Source: Candidatus Latescibacterota bacterium
Lineage (GTDB): Bacteria; Latescibacterota; UBA2968
NCBI GenBank assembly: GCA_965204375.1
Contig: OZ241986.1
Span: 5,120,001-5,184,000 of the forward strand
Reading direction: 5' to 3'
DNA length: 64,000 bases
Part shown: positions 10,118-19,429 of the stretch, piece by piece
Numbering within the stretch: position 1 is the stretch's first letter
Layout: every line of letters begins with the position of its first letter
Made by a program: the position numbers and the translations under genes
Notes under the pieces: model-generated
Database searches by the model: none
What the model was told of the DNA's origin: nothing
The model's input: only the letters and a program-made list of their open reading frames with translations

Positions 10118-11827
10118 ATGGCACTTCATAGTGCTGAGCAAAATGTCGCAAACAAGCAACTGTTGAATGCTCTGGTGGCGGATCCTACTCACCCCGAAAT
10201 TTCGCGGATCAATCCTCGCCGTCTCCTGGGGGCGTACTACACCCCCGACGCGCTTGCAAGCATTTTGGCAACCTGGGCACTCGCGCCTGGGAGAGGCAAT
10301 GTCCTGGACCCGAGCTTTGGCGGGTGTGCGTTCCTTAATGCAGCGACGACTATCTTGGCTTCCAGAGGGATTTCAGAACCCGGTGAGCGGGTCTTCGGTG
10401 TTGATGTGGACCCGTCATGTATGGAGTATGTACGCAAGGATCGGAATCTCGTCGAAAAGAACTGCATTATTCAAGACTTTCTCAGCTTGTCTCCGAAGGA
10501 TATATCCGGGGCACCGTTTCACGCCATAATCGGCAATCCCCCCTATGTGCGTCACCACTGGTTCAATGGAGCGACCCGAAAGGCAGGCCGGGTAGCCATG
10601 GCTGCCGCAGGAGTGACACTTCCCGAAACTGCGAGTGCCTGGGCATATTTTTTAATTCATACACTGAGCTTTATCGCGAAGAACGGCCGGCTCGCAATGC
10701 TCGTTCCGGAAGCAATCCTTCAGGCTGATTACGCCACTGTCGTCAGGGACTTGCTCACATCCCGTTTTGATCATGTTTGTCTGGTTCACATTCGCGACCG
10801 TCTATTTGAAGGTACAGACGAAGCCGTGGTCGCAGTCGCTGCTTCACAATATGGCGGTAAAAAAGGATCCTTGCGCGTTGAAGCTGTCGAGCGGTCTGAG
10901 GACTTAGAAGCTATCCTGAACACCCCAAAAGGCAGGATTTCTACTTCCCATTTGACAACCCAAAAAGGACGCCGCATTGACCCGCTGACTGTCCAATTGC
11001 TCGGCGAATTGGAGCAACATTCTGCAGTCAAGAAGATCTCCGATGTCGCAACCGTAAGCATTGGTTTGGTCACCGGTGCTAACAAACACTTCATCCGTAA
11101 TGCCAAAAACTTGAAACAACTTGGTATTCCTCACGAGTCTTGTGTACGACTAATTTCTCGTACGCGATGGCTATCAGGACTGGATTTTACTAAAGAGGAT
11201 CTCCAGAAACTCGTTGACGCTGACCAACAAGCCATCCTGGTTCAGCCCACGCCAGCGTGCGAAAATGCTCCCGGCATCAAGCAGTGGATTGCCGAGGGGA
11301 GGGAGGCCAGTATTCACGAACGATATAAATGCACCATACGCGATCCCTGGTTTCGTGTCGATCCAAAGCCCGTACCGGACGCCTTCGCTACATGCGCCCG
11401 TATGGGTGCTCCCTTGCTCGTCCTTAACCAGGCCGGTTGCCAATGTACCAATGCCCTCCATGCGATGTATTTGAATTGCAAAAGCGTTGCCTCTCTACCA
11501 GCCATCGCTGTGGGGTTCCTAACGAGTGTCGTGAGTGTCTGGGCCGAACTCCACGGACGTCGGTACGGAGGAGGCGTCTTGAAGATAGAACCCGGCACGC
11601 TGAATAGAACGCCGGTACCGATGGTTCAGCGTGCGGAAGACGCCTTTAATGAATTGAATAAACTCATTCGAGATGGGCAAGAAGCCGAAGCAAGAAAACG
11701 GGCGGACGATCTCGTTCTTGGAGATCAATTGGGCTTGCCAAAGAAAGATATTCAGCGGCTACAGCAGGCACACATCCAGTTGATGACCCAACGCCGTCCC
11801 ACCAGGAATGGAACCAGCCATGGCTAA
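10118..11827 (+). CDS. N6-adenine DNA methyltransferase (gamma-class motif order, Eco57I/TaqI-like)
   Basis: GAYYTP (motif X), VLDPSFGGCAF (motif I), IIGNPPY (motif IV), IGLVTGANKHF, ELHGRRYGGGVLKIEP. Confidence 0.9.
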   Translation: MALHSAEQNVANKQLLNALVADPTHPEISRINPRRLLGAYYTPDALASILATWALAPGRGNVLDPSFGGCAFLNAATTILASRGISEPGERVFGVDVDPSCMEYVRKDRNLVEKNCIIQDFLSLSPKDISGAPFHAIIGNPPYVRHHWFNGATRKAGRVAMAAAGVTLPETASAWAYFLIHTLSFIAKNGRLAMLVPEAILQADYATVVRDLLTSRFDHVCLVHIRDRLFEGTDEAVVAVAASQYGGKKGSLRVEAVERSEDLEAILNTPKGRISTSHLTTQKGRRIDPLTVQLLGELEQHSAVKKISDVATVSIGLVTGANKHFIRNAKNLKQLGIPHESCVRLISRTRWLSGLDFTKEDLQKLVDADQQAILVQPTPACENAPGIKQWIAEGREASIHERYKCTIRDPWFRVDPKPVPDAFATCARMGAPLLVLNQAGCQCTNALHAMYLNCKSVASLPAIAVGFLTSVVSVWAELHGRRYGGGVLKIEPGTLNRTPVPMVQRAEDAFNELNKLIRDGQEAEARKRADDLVLGDQLGLPKKDIQRLQQAHIQLMTQRRPTRNGTSHG

Positions 11828-14141
11828 GTTCACTGTTGACACCCACTTGTTCCGAGAACTTGGGGAACTACTGGTCGGGCGCGACTCCACAGCCTTGATC
11901 GAACTGATCAAGAACGCCTATGACGCAGATGCGACCGAAGTCACTGTATATGGTGAGCGACTCGATAATCCAGAAGAGGGACATATCCTGGTAACGGACA
12001 ACGGCGTGGGCATGAATACGGAAGCGTTCACGAAAGGTTTTCTGAGAGTTGCTTCGCGTCTGAAGGAACTGGGCGAGCGGCGGTCCATCCTGTTTCAACG
12101 CCGTTACACCGGTGCGAAAGGAATTGGCCGGCTCGCTGCTCATAAGCTTGCGAAAAAACTCGAAATTGATAGCGTGCCACGGCTCTCTGAATTGAATGGG
12201 ACTCGAGAAGCCCTGAATGCCACAATAGATTGGGACGCGATTGAGCAGTACGAAACCCTGGATGAACTTGACTCTACCGATGCGATTCTTCTGAAAACGA
12301 AGCCTATACTCGAGAACACACATTCAGGAACGGCACTCCTTCTATCGCGGTTGCGACGAGCCTGGACCGAGACTGAGCGTGCCAGATTTTTGGCTGAGGT
12401 CCAATCATTTGATCCTCCGTCATTTCTGTGTGAGCCACTCCCGCGATCAATTATCGAAGAGCCATTGCTGTTCGACACACCAGTTGTACGAGACCAGGGT
12501 TCCGATGCCGAAACCTCTTCATTCCGGGTGAACCTTGAAGGGGACTTTGCCGCAGGTGAGGACTACTGGATGCTTATCGCAGAAATGGCTAATTGGATAC
12601 TGGAAATCCGGACGGATCCCAATAACGGACACATAGGCTTTGCAATTGCTCCTACGAAGAGTAAACTGAGGGAAAATCCCAAGATTGAGGCATTCTATCA
12701 CTCCATACCTCATCCTGCACCCGAGCGTGGCCCGCACTTCAATGCGCGTATTTTTGTGAGAGAGGGAGCTCCAAAACTTACCCGAGATCAGCGGGTATGG
12801 GCTACGAACACCAGTGGCGTTCGAGTTTATCTGGAAGGGTTTCGCGTCCTGCCGTATGGAGAATCGAAAGACGATTGGCTCTCCATTGACGCGGACTATA
12901 CGAGACGCCCACGGCAGCTCGAAATGCTCAAGGATATTGGACTCGGCACGGAAGTTTCCGACCCTGATATTGGGCTTGTTCGTGTACCGAGCAACAATTA
13001 CTTCGGTGCGATTTTTCTCACCCAAAACCGCTGTCCTGACATGCGAATCCTGGTGAATCGAGAAGGATTTGTCCCAGAGGCGAGTTTCGAAACCCTGGTG
13101 CAGTTGGTGCGAATGGGCATAGACTTCCTGACTCGCGAGCGTGCAGCAGAGTCCTACGAACGTCGCCAACAACGAAGGGAAAAACGGCGTAGGGGTTCTA
13201 TAAAGGACGATCCCCCTCAGAGTTCCACCGATATAAGTCAGGTGACCAGCGAAAATATTGAAGCACCTGTGTTTTTGGAGCGAATTCAGGAAGCAACACA
13301 TTTAGTAAAAAAAGCTGGTGAACACCTTACCGGCGATGACAAAGACGCGACTAATGCGGCTATGCAGAAGTTGGATGAGGTGAAAATACTCGCTGAAGAT
13401 TATGAAGATTTGATTTCAGAACACATGCTCTTGTATGTCCTCGCATCTGTGGGAACTCAGATGGCCGCGTTCGTACATGAGATCAACGCCTTACTCGGAG
13501 CATCACAAACCATTGAGCTGGTACTTGAAGGGGTACTTGCTGAGGATGGTCTATCGCTTGATGAAAGGCGCAGATTCAGGCGTACCTTAAATGTTGCGAC
13601 AGAACTCAAACGCAGTCTGGAACGTCAAGCCTCTTATTTGATGGATGTCGTGACTGTTGATGCACGCCGCCGCCGGTCTCGCCAACGTTTATGTGAACGA
13701 TTCGATGCTGCGGTTCGCCTTGTGCAGCATCAAGCAGAACGCCGAGGCATCAAAATTGACAATCGAATTCCTTCCGAATTGCGGTCTCCCCCGATGTTTC
13801 CCGCCGAGATTACAGCGATATTCGCCAATCTTCTGACAAATGCGGTTAAAGCCGCTGGAGAGGATGGACATATCTTCGCTTCAGCATCCAGTGGAGATGA
13901 TCAAGTTCGAATTCGCATCCAGAATACTGGTACTGCCGTCCAACTTGACGAGGCTGAGCGTTGGTTCAAACCCTTCCAGTCAACGACATCTGAAGTAAAC
14001 CCCGTGCTAGGCCAAGGGATGGGACTGGGACTGACCATTACACGGAACCTGTTGGAGAACTATGGAGCAGTTGTGAAATTCATCCAGCCAGATAGCCCGT
14101 TTGCAACTGCGGTCGAAATAGCCTTGCCAAGTAGGAGTTAG
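11820..14141 (+). CDS. MORC-type GHKL ATPase fused to a C-terminal histidine kinase
   Basis: N-terminal ELIKNAYDADA, DNGVGM, GAKGIGR. S5-like region GVRVYLEGFRVLPYG..DDWL and NREGF. C-terminal H-box (AAFVHEI), N-box (NLLTNAVKA), F-box (FKPFQST), G2 box (GQGMGLGL). Confidence 0.85.
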   Translation: MAKFTVDTHLFRELGELLVGRDSTALIELIKNAYDADATEVTVYGERLDNPEEGHILVTDNGVGMNTEAFTKGFLRVASRLKELGERRSILFQRRYTGAKGIGRLAAHKLAKKLEIDSVPRLSELNGTREALNATIDWDAIEQYETLDELDSTDAILLKTKPILENTHSGTALLLSRLRRAWTETERARFLAEVQSFDPPSFLCEPLPRSIIEEPLLFDTPVVRDQGSDAETSSFRVNLEGDFAAGEDYWMLIAEMANWILEIRTDPNNGHIGFAIAPTKSKLRENPKIEAFYHSIPHPAPERGPHFNARIFVREGAPKLTRDQRVWATNTSGVRVYLEGFRVLPYGESKDDWLSIDADYTRRPRQLEMLKDIGLGTEVSDPDIGLVRVPSNNYFGAIFLTQNRCPDMRILVNREGFVPEASFETLVQLVRMGIDFLTRERAAESYERRQQRREKRRRGSIKDDPPQSSTDISQVTSENIEAPVFLERIQEATHLVKKAGEHLTGDDKDATNAAMQKLDEVKILAEDYEDLISEHMLLYVLASVGTQMAAFVHEINALLGASQTIELVLEGVLAEDGLSLDERRRFRRTLNVATELKRSLERQASYLMDVVTVDARRRRSRQRLCERFDAAVRLVQHQAERRGIKIDNRIPSELRSPPMFPAEITAIFANLLTNAVKAAGEDGHIFASASSGDDQVRIRIQNTGTAVQLDEAERWFKPFQSTTSEVNPVLGQGMGLGLTITRNLLENYGAVVKFIQPDSPFATAVEIALPSRS

Positions 14142-14143
14142 CC

Positions 14144-15283
14144 TTGATTACAAAAAATAGTGAGAAGCCGTCCATTCTTGTCATTGATGATGAACCTGAC
14201 AAACTGCGCGATAAAGTCGCTATAGATGTAAAAGGCCGTGCAGTGACCGATGTATTCCATCCTCACGACATCGAAATCTCGGACTTGGAGAGTGCTGATA
14301 TAGTTTTAGTAGACTATAGGCTGGAAAATTGGCCAGAGCGAGACGCGCAGGTAGTATCACTCAGTCCCCCAAACGGAATAGCACTTGCGGTTGCGTTGCG
14401 AGAGAAGATGGACCAATCAAAAAAAGACAAATTAACGGCATTTGCGTTACATACGGGTCATATTGAAGATATTCAGGGGCGACTTCCATTAGCGACTGCC
14501 CAGCATGTTCGTGCACAACTGAACAATCTGGAATGGGTGTTTATGAAGAATGAGCCCCATCGTTACGACCAAATGCTCCTTCTTGCGGACGCTGTTCGGC
14601 AACTTCCTGCCCAATGGCCTGAGGATTCGCATAGCTCGGCTTCAATGGTGCAAAAGTTTCTCGATATGGATGAGGACGATAACTCGTTTGAACGCTGCTG
14701 GCGCGACGTTAAAGATTGCCGAGTGCCTGTTGAGGAGTTGTTCATGAAAGGGCACAGCATCCTATTTATTCGATGGTTGCTCCATCAAATACTGCCGTAT
14801 CCATGCTTTCTGTGGGCAAAGCACTGGGTTGCGGCGCGCTTTGGGATTACCGTTAAGGCTCTGGACAAAGTAGTTGAGGGGAATAGCCTTCTGGCGAAAG
14901 ACTTGGAGTCCATGCGCTATTCTGGGATTCTCGCGGGATTTTTAGGAGATAGGTGGTGGCGTGGTGCTATTGAGGACTACGCCTGGAATTTAGTAGAAGG
15001 ACACACAGCTAATGTACAGCAGTTGCGAGATGCTTTAGCCGAGCGTGCAGGTATGGATTTGGATCCAATCAAAGTCACTCCTGCAGTAGTTTGCGTAGAT
15101 ACGGACTGGCAGCCCGCCGCCGAGTTTCTATCGCCAATGACTGCCATAACCCTCCACCCCGACCACTGGCCCCCGTTTGCCGATTCAGCCTATATGGACA
15201 TCAAAATCGTTCGGGATGATTCTATTCTGAAATCAATGGTGGACCCACTTGACCAGCATCGCATTGATAGTGACATAGAATAG
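14144..15283 (+). CDS. Response-regulator receiver domain plus uncharacterised C-terminal domain
   Basis: ILVIDDE acidic pocket, IVLVDYRL phospho-Asp, NG, LHTG and FMK; TTG start with SD AGGAG, 2 nt after the kinase stop. Confidence 0.75.
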   Translation: MITKNSEKPSILVIDDEPDKLRDKVAIDVKGRAVTDVFHPHDIEISDLESADIVLVDYRLENWPERDAQVVSLSPPNGIALAVALREKMDQSKKDKLTAFALHTGHIEDIQGRLPLATAQHVRAQLNNLEWVFMKNEPHRYDQMLLLADAVRQLPAQWPEDSHSSASMVQKFLDMDEDDNSFERCWRDVKDCRVPVEELFMKGHSILFIRWLLHQILPYPCFLWAKHWVAARFGITVKALDKVVEGNSLLAKDLESMRYSGILAGFLGDRWWRGAIEDYAWNLVEGHTANVQQLRDALAERAGMDLDPIKVTPAVVCVDTDWQPAAEFLSPMTAITLHPDHWPPFADSAYMDIKIVRDDSILKSMVDPLDQHRIDSDIE

Positions 15284-15293
15284 GACGACGAGA

Positions 15294-16022
15294 ATGGCTG
15301 GGTTTCGCTTTCTTTCTGCTGAACTAATCCAAGAGACCGAAGTGCTGACGACCTTGTCAAGGAAGTTCCTTGAACCGAATAGTAGGGAGAAGGTTTTCCC
15401 CAGTTTCCTGAGCAATCTCCGAAACATTGGTGGAAAACCCGAAGAAAGAGTTTATTCTTTAACGCTTCAATGCCTTCGCACAATACCAAGCGATCAGTAC
15501 GACAGGAACCCAGGTAAAGAGATATATGCGGTTATTTCAGGAACTTGGGATTTGCGAAGATTAGGGAAGCGAGAGATAGAATTTTGTGGGATCGCTTCGA
15601 CGAGGATCGAGTTGTACGCTTCGGAAAATCCTGATAAACGCCTGGCAATGTGGCGTCTGGAACTGGGTGCTGAGGACAGCCCGGGCTGCTATGTCCACGC
15701 TCATATTCTGGGAGACTCCGCTGATCCTCCATTTCCGAAGTGGGTGCCCATTCCCAGATTGCCCAGCATCTTCATTACTCCGATGAGTGCTATTGAGTTC
15801 GTCCTGAGTGAACTCTTTCAACGCGATTGGGCTCAAGTGATAGCCAGTCGTAATAAAAATGTAAACCGTTGGCGTAACATTCAAACAGATCGGCTTCAGA
15901 AGTTGTTCTCATGGTACAATGACCAAATGGAAAACGCGGATTCCTCTCCGTGGATGGCATTAAAGGAGGCGAAGCCAAAAAGCGACATATTTCTTCCACA
16001 ATCCGGAAGACGAAGATCGTGA
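15294..16022 (+). CDS. Hypothetical protein with HxH and PRxP motifs, last gene of the island operon
   Basis: 242-aa ORF 10 nt after the receiver gene and followed by a terminator; motif GCYVHAHILG...PIPRLPS. Confidence 0.75.
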   Translation: MAGFRFLSAELIQETEVLTTLSRKFLEPNSREKVFPSFLSNLRNIGGKPEERVYSLTLQCLRTIPSDQYDRNPGKEIYAVISGTWDLRRLGKREIEFCGIASTRIELYASENPDKRLAMWRLELGAEDSPGCYVHAHILGDSADPPFPKWVPIPRLPSIFITPMSAIEFVLSELFQRDWAQVIASRNKNVNRWRNIQTDRLQKLFSWYNDQMENADSSPWMALKEAKPKSDIFLPQSGRRRS

Positions 16023-16053
16023 CAAATTAGTTAGAGCCACATCTTGTCGCACA

Positions 16054-16093
16054 AAGACCAATCAAGATCATTGTTTGATTGGTCTTATTTTTT
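16054..16093 (+). terminator. Rho-independent terminator
   Basis: AAGACCAATCAA / TTGATTGGTCTT stem followed by a T-run. Confidence 0.7.
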
Positions 16094-16236
16094 GAATAAA
16101 TAATCTTATACGCAAAAATGCCATTGCAAACCCCTGTTTTCACCCTTAAATTGCAGACATTTTTTAGTTCGTATCTCCGCACATCTGCTGCCATTTCTCA
16201 CCAATAGTCACAACTCCCGTAATAAGGAGAACAAAA

Positions 16237-17466
16237 ATGAAAATCCGACCCGACCTCGTTCCCGAGACCGAGGGGAACAACCTCGAAGTCATCCAACTCA
16301 CGGATGAATCGGTCCCCTCATCACACATTTACATGGAAGCGCAGATCTTCACGCCCGACTCCCAGCGGCTAATCATTCACCGGTCTGCACATCCCCACGG
16401 CTCTGACCCAAAAGACCCCGAGCACCAGTTCCTCGTCTGCAACATAGAAGACCATTGCAGCTTAACGCCAATCACCACCGAACTCGGAACCACGGGACCA
16501 TCCATCTCCCCAGACGGCGAATGGCTATACTACTTCGTCAACGAAACAGAACCCGGGGGCGGACGCCTAACGCTCAAACGCGTCAAAATGGACGGAACGG
16601 AACGCGACACCATCTATGTCTTGGACCACGACATACCCGACACCAGTTTCAGATTGAGCCGACCGTATCCCCTCTCAACCATCTCATCCGACGGCAAGCG
16701 CATCGCCATCTCGGGATTCCTTGGCGACGGCAAAACCGCAGGCGCGCCCTGGGGCCTCCTCGTCTTTGAAATTGAGGAACCATCTGTACGCCTGATCTTC
16801 CACGGCCCCTCCTGGTGCAATATCCACCCACAATACACGCGCCAAACAGACCCTGTCGCCTCCCATGACATTATGATCCAGGAAAACCACGGCAACACCG
16901 CATCGCCCGACGGCAGCGTAGAAACGCTCGTCAGCGGGCGGGGTGCAGACATCCACCTGATCCGGGACGACGGCACGGCACTGCGCGACTTTCCCTGGGG
17001 ACGGGATGGAAATGAATTCTGCCAGGGACATCAATGCTGGCAGGGACAAAGCGACATCGCCATCACCAGCACGAGTACACGCGAACCCGCTGAAAGACAA
17101 CTCATCTCGGGACGCGCCGTGGCTCACGTCGGAGATGAAGGCATCAACACCCCGGGCGGATGGCGAAACGACCTGTCCCGCTCCTTCGACACACCCGACT
17201 TCTGCCACTTTGCAACAGACATCGACGGGAAACGGCTGATTACGGACGCAGGTCCGATAGATGCGGGCGGAGCCGTCTGGCTATTCGACCTTCCCGAAGA
17301 AGAGGAAGGCGCGCTCGCAAATGCGCGCAAAGTCGCAGACCCCGGATCCTCCTGGCAAAAACACACGCACATCCATCCCTTCCTCTCCCCGGATGGACGA
17401 TCGGGCTTCTTCAACTCCGATGAAAGCGGCATACTACAGGCGTATATGGTGCGCGGTTGGTCTTAA
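16237..17466 (+). CDS. Oligogalacturonate lyase-like (PL22/TolB-like beta-propeller) protein
   Basis: HIYMEAQIFTPD start, GHQCW, C-terminal HIHPFLSPDG..FNSD; pectin-related context. Confidence 0.65.
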   Translation: MKIRPDLVPETEGNNLEVIQLTDESVPSSHIYMEAQIFTPDSQRLIIHRSAHPHGSDPKDPEHQFLVCNIEDHCSLTPITTELGTTGPSISPDGEWLYYFVNETEPGGGRLTLKRVKMDGTERDTIYVLDHDIPDTSFRLSRPYPLSTISSDGKRIAISGFLGDGKTAGAPWGLLVFEIEEPSVRLIFHGPSWCNIHPQYTRQTDPVASHDIMIQENHGNTASPDGSVETLVSGRGADIHLIRDDGTALRDFPWGRDGNEFCQGHQCWQGQSDIAITSTSTREPAERQLISGRAVAHVGDEGINTPGGWRNDLSRSFDTPDFCHFATDIDGKRLITDAGPIDAGGAVWLFDLPEEEEGALANARKVADPGSSWQKHTHIHPFLSPDGRSGFFNSDESGILQAYMVRGWS

Positions 17467-17490
17467 ACAAAACTGAAAGGAGATACCAAA

Positions 17491-19422
17491 TTGATTCCCC
17501 GACAAGTGTTATTTGGCAACCCAGAAAAATCCATGGCTCGGATCAGTCCCGACGGCGCGTACCTGAGCTACCTCGCGCCAGTGGAGGGCGTTTTGAACGT
17601 CTGGATCGCCACAGTAGATGATCCCGACTCAGCCAGGCCGATCACCAAAGACGAAGAACGCGGCATCCGCTACTACGACTGGACCTATGATAGGCAGCAC
17701 ATCCTGTACTACCAGGATGCAAAGGGCGATGAAGATTGGCATGTGTACGCGACGAATATCGCTACGGGCGAGACCCGAGACCTGACGCCCTTTGAAAAAG
17801 TCAACTCACAGATTCTTTCGGTCAATGAAAAGACGCCCAACGAGATCCTGGTCGGCATCAACAACCGCAATCCGCAGTTGCACGACGTCTATCGCATCGC
17901 GCTTTCCAATGGCGAGCGGACTCTGGTCGAAGAGAATCCGGGCTTTGTCTCTTACCTGTTTGACAACGACGACCGCACGCGTTTTGCCATGACGTTTTCG
18001 CCGACCGGGGGACAAGAGATCCTCCAACGGGACGAGAGCAACCAGTGGCAACCCTTCCTGGAAGTCCCCAACACCGATGCCATGACGACCTATCTGACCG
18101 GCTTCGACAAGTCAAACCAGATTCTCTATATGATCGACAGCCGCAAGCGAAACACGGCCGCCTTGTTCACTCTTGATCTGGCATCCGGCAAACAAGAACT
18201 GGTGGCCGAGGACGGTCGCGCGGATGTGGGCGGGATGCTGGTTCATCCGACAGAGAAACACGCGCAGGCCGTGTCGTTCACTTACGACCGCAACCACTGG
18301 CACGTGCTGGACCCGGCGATTCAAGAGGACATGGATTACTTGCACTCGGTGGAAGACGGCGAATTGTCCATCACCAGCCGCACACTCGACGACCGCTTGT
18401 GGACAGCGGCCTATGTCCTGGACAACGGGCCAGTTAAATACTACCTGTACGACCGCACCGGGAAACAGGCGAATTATTTGTTCAGCAACCGCACGGACCT
18501 GGACGAGTATCAACTGGCCAGGATGCATTCGCTGACCATCAAATCCCGCGACGGGTGGAATCTGGTCAGCTATCTGACGCTTCCCCCCGGCAGCGCCTCC
18601 GACGGAGACGCTCGGCCGAGCAATCCGGTACCGCTGGTTTTACTGGTTCACGGGGGTCCCTGGGGACGCGACATCTGGGGCTACGATCCGCATCATCAAT
18701 GGCTGTCGAACCGCGGTTACGCCGTGCTGAGTGTCAACTTCCGCGGCTCAACCGGTTTCGGCAAAGAGTTCACCAACGCTGGCAATGGCGAGTGGGCCGG
18801 CAAAATGCACGACGACCTGATCGACGCTGTCAACTGGGCAGTCCGGGAAAAGATCACGCAGCGCGACCAGGTGGCGATTATGGGCGGCAGCTACGGTGGA
18901 TACGCGACCCTGGTCGGATTGACCTTCACGCCCGAGACATTCGTCTGCGGCGTCGATATCGTCGGCCCAAGCAACCTCGTCACACTACTACAAAACGTGC
19001 CGCCTTATTGGGTTCCGATCCTGCCGGTGATGAAAGACCGCGTAGGTGACTGGACGACAGAAGAGGGCCAGAAATTCTTGCTGGCCAAATCGCCGCTTGC
19101 GTGCGTAGATCAGATCCAGTGCCCGCTGCTGATCGGCCAGGGCGCCAACGACCCGCGCGTCAAGCAAGTCGAATCCGATCAAATCGTCGAGGCGATGAAG
19201 CAAAAAAACATCCCTGTGACCTACGTGCTTTATCCGGACGAAGGGCACGGATTCGCACGGCCGGAAAACCGCTTGTCGTTTTACGCCGTCGCTGAGGCGT
19301 TCTTGTCCGAGCACCTGGGCGGACGGTTTGAACCGGTCGGAGAAGACTTTCAAGGATCGAAAATTCAGGTACCAGAGGGCGCGGACCAGGTCCCTGGACT
19401 CCAGGCGGCTCTGGAGCAATGA
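17491..19422 (+). CDS. S9 family serine peptidase (dipeptidyl aminopeptidase/acylaminoacyl peptidase)
   Basis: VHGGPW, GGSYGG nucleophile, GANDPRV, DEGHG; TTG start with SD AAGGAG. Confidence 0.93.
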   Translation: MIPRQVLFGNPEKSMARISPDGAYLSYLAPVEGVLNVWIATVDDPDSARPITKDEERGIRYYDWTYDRQHILYYQDAKGDEDWHVYATNIATGETRDLTPFEKVNSQILSVNEKTPNEILVGINNRNPQLHDVYRIALSNGERTLVEENPGFVSYLFDNDDRTRFAMTFSPTGGQEILQRDESNQWQPFLEVPNTDAMTTYLTGFDKSNQILYMIDSRKRNTAALFTLDLASGKQELVAEDGRADVGGMLVHPTEKHAQAVSFTYDRNHWHVLDPAIQEDMDYLHSVEDGELSITSRTLDDRLWTAAYVLDNGPVKYYLYDRTGKQANYLFSNRTDLDEYQLARMHSLTIKSRDGWNLVSYLTLPPGSASDGDARPSNPVPLVLLVHGGPWGRDIWGYDPHHQWLSNRGYAVLSVNFRGSTGFGKEFTNAGNGEWAGKMHDDLIDAVNWAVREKITQRDQVAIMGGSYGGYATLVGLTFTPETFVCGVDIVGPSNLVTLLQNVPPYWVPILPVMKDRVGDWTTEEGQKFLLAKSPLACVDQIQCPLLIGQGANDPRVKQVESDQIVEAMKQKNIPVTYVLYPDEGHGFARPENRLSFYAVAEAFLSEHLGGRFEPVGEDFQGSKIQVPEGADQVPGLQAALEQ

Positions 19423-19429
19423 GAACCAC

